DNA of 37,901 nt from the NCBI GenBank assembly GCA_039188075.1, contig JBCCZH010000001.1, positions 1 through 37,901 of the forward strand, given 5' to 3'. Numbering within the stretch: the first letter of the stretch is position 1; each line of letters begins with the position of its first letter. The position numbers and the translations under genes are program-made. This DNA is from Pseudomonadota bacterium. GTDB lineage: Bacteria; Pseudomonadota; Alphaproteobacteria; Caulobacterales; Hyphomonadaceae. Positions 1-8,346 of this stretch are shown one piece after another. Under the pieces are notes generated by a model. That model saw nothing but the letters and a program-made list of their open reading frames with translations, was not told the origin of the DNA and did no database searches.

Positions 1-10
1 AAGCGGACAT
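1..10. repeat. Right arm of a putative cassette-boundary palindrome (site D), cut by the window edge
   Basis: AAGCGGACAT resembles right arms AAGAAGACAT (1120-1129), TACCGGACAT (4504-4513) and AAGCTGACAC (6175-6184). Confidence 0.45.
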
Positions 11-172
11 AAGTTCAGCGGCTTAGATTCGCACTTAGTGGGTCTCTCCTCAGAACGATCAATCAGCGCGGATCAACATGATTGCGAGTGGCACGTTTAT
101 CGTCGTACAGTTCATGGATATCGTAAACCATCTGGTGGACCTGATCTAACTGGCACCAAAGGGAGCGCTCAC

Positions 173-886
173 TTGAATGAAGAACCGACTTCGTTTGTAG
201 AACGGACTGTTGAGAAGAGCACACATTGGCTTGTCGGCGCGACGATTGGTTTAGTCTCTGGGCTATTAATCTTTGGCGGCATGGCAACGGCTTATCTAGG
301 TGGGGCCCTACTTTTGGGATGGGCTGCAGCTTCATTTGTGCCAGCTTTTCAAGGCTATCCAACGCTCGCCGTCGTAATGGTGCTGACAGGGTTTGTTCTT
401 CTCGCAATCGACTTCATCTACATGATTTTCAGGCCAAAAAAAATGCGCGAGACCTTTCTTAAGCTATATCATCAGTTACCCGTAAATAAGGACGATGAGT
501 ACCTCTCGCTAGAACAGCAAGAGCACTTTGTACGTGCGATCGTACGCTCGATGCTACTTGGTTTTTTCATTGTAACCGTAGTGTTTGAGAGCGCTTATGC
601 AGCGTCAGTCTCTTATGGGTTGCAAAGTATGTATCCAGATCTGAAGCTATTTGCCGAACAGACAGAGGTTGGACCATTCGCACACTTCGTATTTTGGCTC
701 GCCATCCCGATTGATCTGTTCTTGTTGGATGCCCCTTCCGAATTCGGATTTGGATTAAGCGAGCTCAGCCCTAACCGAGATGTTCTCGGTCTTCTTATAG
801 CGGTTTTTGTCTTCAAGACTGTCTTGGTCGCAAGCAGCCTCAGACTGTTCATTGAGGCAATTCGCTTCAAAGCGGCTGAGAAATGA
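173..886 (+). CDS. Hypothetical multi-pass membrane protein (ICE cargo)
   Basis: ORF 38..886; likely TTG start at 173 after GGGAG (161-165); about 5-6 hydrophobic segments. Confidence 0.7.
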   Translation: MNEEPTSFVERTVEKSTHWLVGATIGLVSGLLIFGGMATAYLGGALLLGWAAASFVPAFQGYPTLAVVMVLTGFVLLAIDFIYMIFRPKKMRETFLKLYHQLPVNKDDEYLSLEQQEHFVRAIVRSMLLGFFIVTVVFESAYAASVSYGLQSMYPDLKLFAEQTEVGPFAHFVFWLAIPIDLFLLDAPSEFGFGLSELSPNRDVLGLLIAVFVFKTVLVASSLRLFIEAIRFKAAEK

Positions 887-902
887 TTACTCGCCCAAGC
901 GG

Positions 903-1056
903 CTAGACGATCCATACACTTTCGTATTGTCTGAAGTATGGGAAAAGAAACGCGATCACCTTAGAGCACTTTGATAGGATTGTGGCCTCGGACGATTGGG
1001 CTCGCATCAAAGATCAACTACGAAGAGAGCCAGAATTGGTTTACTTCCTTGAGTAA
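903..1056 (+). pseudogene. 5'-truncated, frameshifted paralog of the ABM-domain gene at 4060-4458
   Basis: Reads LDDPYTFVLSEVWEKKRDH/(+1 C)/LEHFDRIVASDDWARIKDQLRREPELVYFLE* versus VDDPNTIVLAEVWETKRDHLEHFDRIVASGDWAYINSLLTSEPDMGYFVEQ. Confidence 0.85.
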
Positions 1057-1100
1057 ACCCAGTCTCAGTAAGCCGTTATAGCTTCCCATGGCCAGTTAGT

Positions 1101-1129
1101 AGTTCCGAAATGCGAGCAAAAGAAGACAT
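1101..1129. repeat. Putative cassette-boundary site C (10-9-10)
   Basis: AGTTCCGAAA-TGCGAGCAA-AAGAAGACAT; shares GCGAGCAA spacer and GACATTG end with site B. Confidence 0.55.
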
Positions 1130-1251
1130 TGGCTTCCAGCTCGGTATCGGCGAGCCAGCGCGCAGAATTTGCGTTGGAATCTGTTCCGCTGAAAACAGAT
1201 GGCGCATCTGTATCTAAGCTGGTTGTCGAAAACAAAAACGAGACGGTTGCT

Positions 1252-1875
1252 CTAAAACCGCTCAGGTTTCGGCGCGAAGAGCAGTTTCAAGTACGTTCGA
1301 AACAGCATGATTTGCTCTGAAGCATTGTTATGTTCGCGCAGAGCGCGTTGAAGCACCAAACCGCCTTCAACAACGCCTGACACCATATCGCCCAGCGCAT
1401 CCATGTTGACCGGTTCGCGAGGTTCATAAACCGCGGCAATCTCGTCAAGCATTCCGCGAAAGCGTTTGCGCCAGCCGAGAATAGCTTGTCGGTTCAAATC
1501 CCGAACACCTTCATCAAAGAGACGATCTTGATAGGCGGTCGATGCGATTACACATCCCGGATGCCCGGTTGGCATGTCTGCAAGTTGTTCGGCTAATAAT
1601 TTGAGACCAATCAGCATGCAGTGCAGAGGATCATCGTTTAGCTCACGAGCCCGAGCGAACAGATCATCATAGAGCTGCTCTTCGGTCTCTATATACCGCT
1701 CCAGCATGGCTCGGGCCAACGCGTTCTTATCTTTAAAGTGGTAGAAGAAGCCGCCGCGAGAAATCTCTGCGCCAGCGACTATTTCCTCTATCGATGTGGC
1801 TTCAAAGCCTTTGTCGAGTACCGCAGCCTCAGCAATGTCGAGGATCCGGCTTCGCGTATCGGTTTTCTGGTCCAT
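1252..1875 (-). CDS. TetR/AcrR family transcriptional regulator
   Basis: N-terminal HTH 'ILDIAEAAVLDKGFEATSIEEIVAGAEISRGGFFYHFKDK'; divergent from the cargo operon. Confidence 0.95.
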   Translation of the reverse strand: MDQKTDTRSRILDIAEAAVLDKGFEATSIEEIVAGAEISRGGFFYHFKDKNALARAMLERYIETEEQLYDDLFARARELNDDPLHCMLIGLKLLAEQLADMPTGHPGCVIASTAYQDRLFDEGVRDLNRQAILGWRKRFRGMLDEIAAVYEPREPVNMDALGDMVSGVVEGGLVLQRALREHNNASEQIMLFRTYLKLLFAPKPERF

Positions 1876-1888
1876 AAATTGATCCCCG

Positions 1889-2003
1889 CTGTACCGCGAG
1901 TCCAGTTGACGACGGTCCGCGCCTATCCACTGGAACCATCTTCCTGATTAGTCTTTGAATTTATTGAGAAAACAAAGACGGTGTTACTGGACCACGCGAC
2001 AAC
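1889..2003. promoter_or_regulatory. Candidate TetR operators (CTGGAC-N5-GTCCAG-like)
   Basis: CTGTAC-CGCGA-GTCCAG (1889-1905), CTGGAA-CCATC-TTCCTG (1930-1946), half site CTGGAC at 1987. Confidence 0.45.
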
Positions 2004-2061
2004 TATCTGTTTGGTCACCCTAATCGTACATCCATCGCATCAACCTACAAGGACGGTTTTG

Positions 2062-2985
2062 ATGCGACTTCAAAGACTACAATCATCGCCGCGCTTCTTT
2101 CTATCAGATGGCGGTTTGGAAACATATCTCATTTTTGAAAAGGGCTATGAGCTGCCCTGTTTTTCGGCAGCCGTATTGCTGGACACCGAACAAGGCCGCG
2201 AGGAGCTTACGAATTATTTCACTCGCTTTGTAGAGATCGCGAAATCTACGGGACGTGGGTTCATCTTGGATGCGCCAACTTGGCGCGCCGGAACTGCTTG
2301 GGCAGGTCCACTAGGACAAACCTTAAAACAAGTCATCGACACGAACGCGCGCGCAGTGGCGTTCGTTTCCAACTTGAGAACACAATTGGAGACAGAAGAC
2401 TGTCCTATCCTGGTGAACGGATTGATCGGTCCGGCCGGCGATGCTTACGCTCCCGACACGCATATCTCGGCGCGCGAGGCGCTCCTCATTCATGCGCCTC
2501 AGATCCATGCCCTAGGACGCGCAGGTGTCGATATGATCAGCGCCATGACGATGACCCATGCCAGCGAAGCCATCGGTATGACTCGCGCCGCGCAGGAAAT
2601 CGATGTCCCAATCGTGATTGCTTTCACACTCGAGACAGATGCACGTCTTCCATCTGGCCAATCACTCAGTGAGGCGATTGAAGAAGTCGATGCAGCAACA
2701 AGCAATGGACCGATTTATTACATGATCAATTGCGCGCATCCCGATCATTTCAGCGGGGCGCTTGATACACAAGCGGCGTGGTCGCTGCGGATCGGCGGAG
2801 TTCGATCAAATGCTTCACGCCTCAGTCATGCAGAACTGGATGAAGCTGTCACGCTAGATGATGGCGACCCTGTAGAACTCGGTGACCTGAGTGCTGAGCT
2901 CGTCAATCGACTGCCAAACATCCGCGTCATGGGCGGGTGCTGCGGAACAGATCATCGCCATATCGAATGCATCGCATCTCATTGA
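2062..2985 (+). CDS. Homocysteine S-methyltransferase family protein
   Basis: LSDGGLET at N-terminus, Zn-ligand motifs INCAHP and GGCCGTD; ATG 2062 after AAGGA. Confidence 0.9.
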   Translation: MRLQRLQSSPRFFLSDGGLETYLIFEKGYELPCFSAAVLLDTEQGREELTNYFTRFVEIAKSTGRGFILDAPTWRAGTAWAGPLGQTLKQVIDTNARAVAFVSNLRTQLETEDCPILVNGLIGPAGDAYAPDTHISAREALLIHAPQIHALGRAGVDMISAMTMTHASEAIGMTRAAQEIDVPIVIAFTLETDARLPSGQSLSEAIEEVDAATSNGPIYYMINCAHPDHFSGALDTQAAWSLRIGGVRSNASRLSHAELDEAVTLDDGDPVELGDLSAELVNRLPNIRVMGGCCGTDHRHIECIASH

Positions 2986-3044
2986 TGCAGGCGCCCTAAG
3001 CAGAGGGCGTCGTTTCCTCCCAAAACTCAATCAAAATCAGGACA

Positions 3045-3650
3045 ATGATAATGACCATTCAATCAACAAATCTTCTTCGCCAAGCTCAGGCAACGGATGC
3101 AGAGCACCTCGCCAAGCTGATCAATCTAGCGGGCGAAGGCGTACCGAACTGGCTGTGGACCCGCGCATGCTTTGAGGGACAAACGCCTCTTCAGATTGGT
3201 ATCGAACGCGCCAAACGCACTAGCGGCGGTTTTTCTTACACCAACGCTTTAGTCGCTGCCCCAAGTGAAACACCCGTCGGCATGGTTCTGAGCTATCCTA
3301 TCACTGAAGCCCCGACAGATGACCCGGATGACCTACCGGCGCCGATCGCACCTTATGTTGAACTTGAGAAAAAGTCGGTTGGAACCTGGTACATTAATGC
3401 GCTGGCTGTGTTCGAAGACTCTCAAAACCAAGGTCTGGGGACGCAATTGCTCGCAGCTGCCGAGGATGAAGCTCGGGCGAATGGATTCTATCGGATGAGC
3501 ATTCAAGTCTATGAGCAAAACACCGGAGCAGTGTGTTTGTACGAACGTCTTGGATATCAACGGGTCGCCAGCGAACCGGTCCGCCTTCATCCTGCGCCGC
3601 CGTACTATACCGGCAATGTTTTGCTGCTGATCAAAGACCTAAAATCATGA
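3045..3650 (+). CDS. GNAT family N-acetyltransferase
   Basis: WYINALAV..QNQGLGTQLL acetyl-CoA motif, NTGAVCLYERLGY. Confidence 0.92.
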   Translation: MIMTIQSTNLLRQAQATDAEHLAKLINLAGEGVPNWLWTRACFEGQTPLQIGIERAKRTSGGFSYTNALVAAPSETPVGMVLSYPITEAPTDDPDDLPAPIAPYVELEKKSVGTWYINALAVFEDSQNQGLGTQLLAAAEDEARANGFYRMSIQVYEQNTGAVCLYERLGYQRVASEPVRLHPAPPYYTGNVLLLIKDLKS

Positions 3651-4036
3651 GCGACAATCTAGCAAACACGATGCCTTTCTCTCATATGATGGGGGTCAAT
3701 GTAACAGCAGCCACCACCGCATCAGTCATTGGTGAGATTGAGGTCAGAGAAGATTTATGCACGACTGGAGGCATCATGCACGGCGGTGCGATTATGGCCT
3801 TTGCAGATGCTCTTGGAGCCATTGGCGCTTTCTTGGCTCTGCCAGCAGGCGCAAAGGGCACAACGACCATTGAAAGCAAAACAAACTTTCTAGGCGCCGC
3901 ACCATTAGGCGAATACGTTATCGGTGAGACGAAACCTGTCAAAACGGGGGCACGGCTATCGGTGTGGCAAACCGATATTCGTCTTGAGAACGGGCGTCGG
4001 GTCGCCTTGGTCACCCAAACTCAACTTGTTCTTTAA
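3647..4036 (+). CDS. PaaI family (hotdog) thioesterase
   Basis: GIMHGGAIMAFAD, TTIESKTNFL; ATGA overlap with the GNAT stop. Confidence 0.9.
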   Translation: MSDNLANTMPFSHMMGVNVTAATTASVIGEIEVREDLCTTGGIMHGGAIMAFADALGAIGAFLALPAGAKGTTTIESKTNFLGAAPLGEYVIGETKPVKTGARLSVWQTDIRLENGRRVALVTQTQLVL

Positions 4037-4059
4037 CAGCAATTCTCGGAGGCTTTCTC

Positions 4060-4458
4060 ATGACCGGCGTTTCAATGATCAGACCTTTTTATATTGCGGT
4101 GTTCGCGACCTTGCTTGCTGCCTGCGCTACCGCGGTGCCCCTCGCAAACACTCAAGAGGAGTGGGTCACGCTCCTCATTCACTTCGAAGCAAGTGACGAA
4201 GGATTGGAAGATTTATCCGAAATCATGAGAGGTGTCTCGGAGGCGATGCAGACCGAACCGGGCTTCGTATCGGCCGTGGTCTATAACGATGTCGATGATC
4301 CAAACACTATCGTGTTAGCAGAAGTGTGGGAGACGAAACGTGATCACTTAGAGCACTTCGATAGGATCGTGGCCTCGGGGGATTGGGCGTACATAAACAG
4401 CCTGCTGACGTCCGAGCCTGACATGGGATACTTCGTTGAGCAAGCATCGGCTGAGTAA
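4060..4458 (+). CDS. Antibiotic biosynthesis monooxygenase (ABM)-domain putative lipoprotein
   Basis: Signal peptide with LLAAC lipobox; EPGF...DDPNTIVLAEVWET ABM pattern. Confidence 0.8.
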   Translation: MTGVSMIRPFYIAVFATLLAACATAVPLANTQEEWVTLLIHFEASDEGLEDLSEIMRGVSEAMQTEPGFVSAVVYNDVDDPNTIVLAEVWETKRDHLEHFDRIVASGDWAYINSLLTSEPDMGYFVEQASAE

Positions 4459-4484
4459 GCAAGCACAACACAAACTTAGAAGCG

Positions 4485-4513
4485 CGGTCTTCTGAGCGAG
4501 CAATACCGGACAT
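4485..4513. repeat. Putative cassette-boundary site B (10-9-10)
   Basis: CGGTCTTCTG-AGCGAGCAA-TACCGGACAT; 4502-4513 is the exact 12-bp reverse complement of 6157-6168. Confidence 0.6.
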
Positions 4514-4568
4514 TGAGAGCCAAGTTACCGTGTCCTTTGAGTTGAAGCAGAATGCTATGGACGCTGGC

Positions 4569-6074
4569 TTATTGTTCCCGACTTTGGAGCTCATCGCGAA
4601 GGAGAATGAAGCTAGCTTTTATGCTCTCGAATTCGCCCGATTCAATGCTGCTCGCGAGTTCTAACCAGCTGTTCGATGCGATCAGGTTGTCTTCTTCGAA
4701 CAACCTAATCCAAGCACTTAAACTAGCTCTTGTTGGCCAATCGACTTTGTACCGATCTAGCCTTTCTATTTCTTTCAAGACTTTGGAGGGATCGCCTTCG
4801 GGAAGCAATTTGGAAATCGCTATCTGTTGAGCTTCGTCCGCAACTACACCAAATGCTTCTTTATCTTCGCTGCTTCGATCAAGCATCGTGCCTGTCGGCC
4901 AAGGGGAACTGAACTTTGAATGCTCAACTATCCTGCGCAGGTCTTTGTAGGATCGATACGCTCTGGCATTCTCCGCTCTTTGTTGTTGAAGCTCTGCAAC
5001 TTTCGTCGCATCGACTTCATCATCGAACGTTCGCTTGATTTGCATGCTACGCCAGTATTGGGATGTGGCGAAAAAAATGGGCGTGCTTGTGAACACGGAA
5101 AACACGATTGCAAATGACGAGCTAAGCACGAGCCAGGCCATTTGCCTGGAAATCTGAAAGTGAGAATCTGGACCGAAAGCCAGGACCCCAATCCAAACGA
5201 TACCGCACAAAAAGAATCCGATGGGGATCCACGCGCTTCCATACTTTTTCAGCTTTTCTAGAACTCTTTGAAGGTGAATTTCAGACACGCCAACATCGAG
5301 TTTTCCGTCTTGAGTTTTTCTCTTTTCGTCTCGAAGCGACTTCAGCTCTCCTTCTAACGCGTGAGCCCGCAATCCCTGTTGGATGCCAAAGCCGATTACG
5401 GATAGGAGCATAATGCCAATACCGATCAGCCAATTCCACCGCGCTAATGGTTCAGCCGTTTCCCATTCGCTGTCTGTTTTAGGAAAGTCAACGATGAGCG
5501 GGTTTGGCATCTCAACGGTGCTAGAGGTCATGATTGAAAGACTCGAAAGCTCCAACAATTCGAGAGCTGTATTTGGATTACCGCCCACCTGATAAACGTC
5601 AATTTTAGCTCGGGGATGAGTTCGGCGAATTGAAGCGAAGTCGGAAGCGCATTCGTCATTTCCGTCGGTGATCAATACGACGCGTGCGTCATCGCCACCG
5701 GCTAGAAGCGCCGCGAGTAATGCTTGTCCTATTGCCGTTGTATCCTGATCGCGTCCGAGTTTGGGAAAAGAAGTAGTTGCATTGGTTCGAGGCTCCAGAG
5801 GCGATATTTGAACAACGTCATCGCAATCTACTACCTCGTCTGGGGAAAGCGGTTCTTGCCCGAAAAAGCTCACCGAGATTTGTGTGTCTGAAGGGAGAAG
5901 AGTTTTCTTTGCTTTCAGCGTTGCTATCGCGTCATCGCGCCAATCCCGCATCGTTCCTGATGCGTCGATCAAGAAGTATACCGACCTTTTGTGAGAAGAC
6001 TCTTCAGTTTCCGACTGAGGATATGCGCCGAAAGTTAGAACAAAACACAAGAGAATGATCAATGCAGACTTCAT
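4569..6074 (-). CDS. Exported vWA domain fused to transmembrane helices and a helical C-terminal domain
   Basis: Signal peptide; MIDAS-like VYFLIDASGT, TAIGQAL, VLITDGNDEC; about 3 hydrophobic segments in the middle third. Confidence 0.8.
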   Translation of the reverse strand: MKSALIILLCFVLTFGAYPQSETEESSHKRSVYFLIDASGTMRDWRDDAIATLKAKKTLLPSDTQISVSFFGQEPLSPDEVVDCDDVVQISPLEPRTNATTSFPKLGRDQDTTAIGQALLAALLAGGDDARVVLITDGNDECASDFASIRRTHPRAKIDVYQVGGNPNTALELLELSSLSIMTSSTVEMPNPLIVDFPKTDSEWETAEPLARWNWLIGIGIMLLSVIGFGIQQGLRAHALEGELKSLRDEKRKTQDGKLDVGVSEIHLQRVLEKLKKYGSAWIPIGFFLCGIVWIGVLAFGPDSHFQISRQMAWLVLSSSFAIVFSVFTSTPIFFATSQYWRSMQIKRTFDDEVDATKVAELQQQRAENARAYRSYKDLRRIVEHSKFSSPWPTGTMLDRSSEDKEAFGVVADEAQQIAISKLLPEGDPSKVLKEIERLDRYKVDWPTRASLSAWIRLFEEDNLIASNSWLELASSIESGEFESIKASFILLRDELQSREQ

Positions 6075-6156
6075 CGTGAGGCCAGTATTTCGATTCTATG
6101 TTCTTTTTGTGTTGATCCTGTTGCGTCCCGTTTTGAACGTGATCGACGATTTCGTT

Positions 6157-6184
6157 ATGTCCGGTATTAGGAAAAAGCTGACAC
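6157..6184. repeat. Putative cassette-boundary site A (10-8-10)
   Basis: ATGTCCGGTA-TTAGGAAA-AAGCTGACAC with TGTC/GACA symmetry; lies between the rlxS stop and the first cargo gene. Confidence 0.6.
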
Positions 6185-6243
6185 TTGCCAACCTAGGAAT
6201 TGAGTTGATTGGAAGTCAGTCTCAACAAAATAAGCCGCCGCCT

Positions 6244-8187
6244 TTACCGGGAGATCCCGCGTTTTCGTTTTCCCGGTAGACGCCAGCCAACCCCTCGATG
6301 TTGACCTTCAATGAACAGGCTATGTCCACGATGGCGCTCCATCTCTTTTCGCCATGGCACAATAGTAAACTCTTTTGAGTTCCCGATCAGAGCAAACCGC
6401 CCCTGCCCCAAATCAATCGTGTCTTCAAAAACGCCTTCGAAGGTCGCCCCCTTTGCAAGCACATTTCCTGCGCGATTAGATTTGCCTCGTTCTGTTTTGT
6501 ACGCGGTAGCCAGCTCATCAGCGTTCATCCTCTTGCGCACCGCATACGTCAGGACGTCCTCATTCGGGCCCAAAAGACCGTCATGTCTAAGATGCTCCAG
6601 GCGATCTTGTTTGGCTTTTCTGAGCGTTTCAAAAGAGCTAACTTCCAGCGCACTGAACTCACCCGCGTCCAACCATGTTTCTCCCACGGCTTTGATTTGC
6701 GACTCTATCGGCAGCCACGATTTCACACCAACTCGCACTGAACCCATCTTTGCTTCCAAGCGTCCTGCACGTTCGAGAAAGCCTTGGTCAATTCGCCAGC
6801 GTCCATCCTTTAACCGTTCTGTTGCACCAGCGCGTTGCAGCGCTTCCAATCTGCGTTTGTGGGCGAGGCGATATGCAGCGCTGGATGATGGATCATGTTC
6901 AGCGTGAAGCCCTTCAGTGTAATACCCGCCAGCTTTGTCCGCGACGCTGGCAATGGTTCGATCAGATTGTCTTGGCTCTGCTTTTGCTCTGGAGAGTTCA
7001 ACAACAGCTCCACGTTTCGGTAATGGTCCATCCTTCAGATTTCCCGCATCCACATACCAAACGTGCCCGTCAAAATCCTTCACGAGCAAGAAGCGCGTAT
7101 CACGCAATTCATCCGTCGGACCTTGTCGAAACACGACTCCAATCAATGGCTGGGAACTCGCGGTCCGTTCTTCAATAAATCTTACGTTGTCTGGCACATG
7201 TCCCGGTTCCATTCCCGCGGCAATCGCTTTGAGAATGTCACCGCGTTTTCCCATTGCCTGGAGCGCCTCATCCCAGCCCGGTTGAAGTTGCCACTCAGAA
7301 TTGGATCGCTTTTCGGCTATTCGTAATTTTTCAAGGTACTTCAAACGCTGCAATCGCAGATCGCGTTCAAATCGATCTTTGGTGGTCGATGCAGATTCGA
7401 TCAAGACGATGCCGTTTTCTTGATCGCCAACAAGCTGGCGATCAATATTCGTGAACCGCTCTTGTTCCGTTTCTCGAGCGCGCTGGCGTAAGATCTCCAA
7501 ATCGCGGCGCGGGCCTAGCATTTCCGTTGCGAGCATTGAAGCGCGTTCTCGGAACCCTCGACCGATATAATCGGGAGCGATGATGAGATCCTTGTGGGAC
7601 GCATCTTTTCCCCGCACCACAATGTGGGTGTGACTGCGCCCTGTATTGTGGTGATCCACCGCCACCCAATCGAGCCTTGTTCCTAGGTCGTGCTCCATGA
7701 TTGTCATCAGCTCGCGCGTATAGATTTTAAGATCCTTGATTTGAGCAGCATCTTCCGGAGAAACGATGAAGCGGAATTGATGGCGGTCGGTCTTGCTGCG
7801 CTCAGTAAATCCTTCAGGGTCAACTTCCCGACCTTCCCGCGTGTAGAGCTCGCCGCCGCTACCATCCCGTTCTACACCGTCACGCTGCAGGTAGTTGATG
7901 TGCTTGGAAAACACTGCGGTACCGACAACCTTACCAGGCTTGGCGATATGGGTTTTCGTTACAACGCGGCGCAGTCTGGCACTAGCATATCTACGGGCCG
8001 CGAAATTCGCCTGCATCGAAGAGGCTTTCCCGCGCCCAAGTCGCGTACCTGAGAATGACGACCTTTTCCCAGATCGAGCAAGGTGTTTGGCTGCGGTCGT
8101 TGCCCGCTTTCGAAGGCGCGCGCCTCCTGCACCGCCGATATCACGGATCTTGCCGAGTCTTGGAGTGAACAGATCCTCTGTTGTCAC
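6244..8187 (-). CDS. rlxS: Relaxase (VirD2/RlxS-like, MOBP, DUF3363-type C-terminus)
   Basis: HINYLQRDG, RHQFRFIVSPED, LDWVAVDHHNTGRSHTH (HUH), C-terminal GRFALI..FTIVPWR. Confidence 0.93.
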   Translation of the reverse strand: MTTEDLFTPRLGKIRDIGGAGGARLRKRATTAAKHLARSGKRSSFSGTRLGRGKASSMQANFAARRYASARLRRVVTKTHIAKPGKVVGTAVFSKHINYLQRDGVERDGSGGELYTREGREVDPEGFTERSKTDRHQFRFIVSPEDAAQIKDLKIYTRELMTIMEHDLGTRLDWVAVDHHNTGRSHTHIVVRGKDASHKDLIIAPDYIGRGFRERASMLATEMLGPRRDLEILRQRARETEQERFTNIDRQLVGDQENGIVLIESASTTKDRFERDLRLQRLKYLEKLRIAEKRSNSEWQLQPGWDEALQAMGKRGDILKAIAAGMEPGHVPDNVRFIEERTASSQPLIGVVFRQGPTDELRDTRFLLVKDFDGHVWYVDAGNLKDGPLPKRGAVVELSRAKAEPRQSDRTIASVADKAGGYYTEGLHAEHDPSSSAAYRLAHKRRLEALQRAGATERLKDGRWRIDQGFLERAGRLEAKMGSVRVGVKSWLPIESQIKAVGETWLDAGEFSALEVSSFETLRKAKQDRLEHLRHDGLLGPNEDVLTYAVRKRMNADELATAYKTERGKSNRAGNVLAKGATFEGVFEDTIDLGQGRFALIGNSKEFTIVPWRKEMERHRGHSLFIEGQHRGVGWRLPGKRKRGISR

Positions 8188-8346
8188 TTACAGCCCCCCC
8201 AAACCAGCTGTCCACAGCACCTCCGAACGTGTGCACCGCAAATCGCGGCAAAACGCACCAAAAAAAAGATGTGCAGACAATCACTAATGCTACTCCTGGT
8301 GCATAAGCTTTTATCTTGCCCGTTCGGATTCGCTGCATCTTTCCCC
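8188..8346 (+). other. Putative oriT, nic at about 8318/8319
   Basis: TATCTTG^CCCG (8312-8322) matches the RP4 nic TATCCTG^CCCG at 10/11; directly upstream of the relaxase; several GCAC/GTGC motifs 5' of it. Confidence 0.7.

Noticed and set aside
6213-6241. Possible fifth boundary site AAGTCAGTCT-N9-AAGCCGCCGC, sharing CAGTCTCA..TAAGCCG with about 1060-1076
   Set aside because: Symmetry too weak to support by eye; worth re-testing with a PWM
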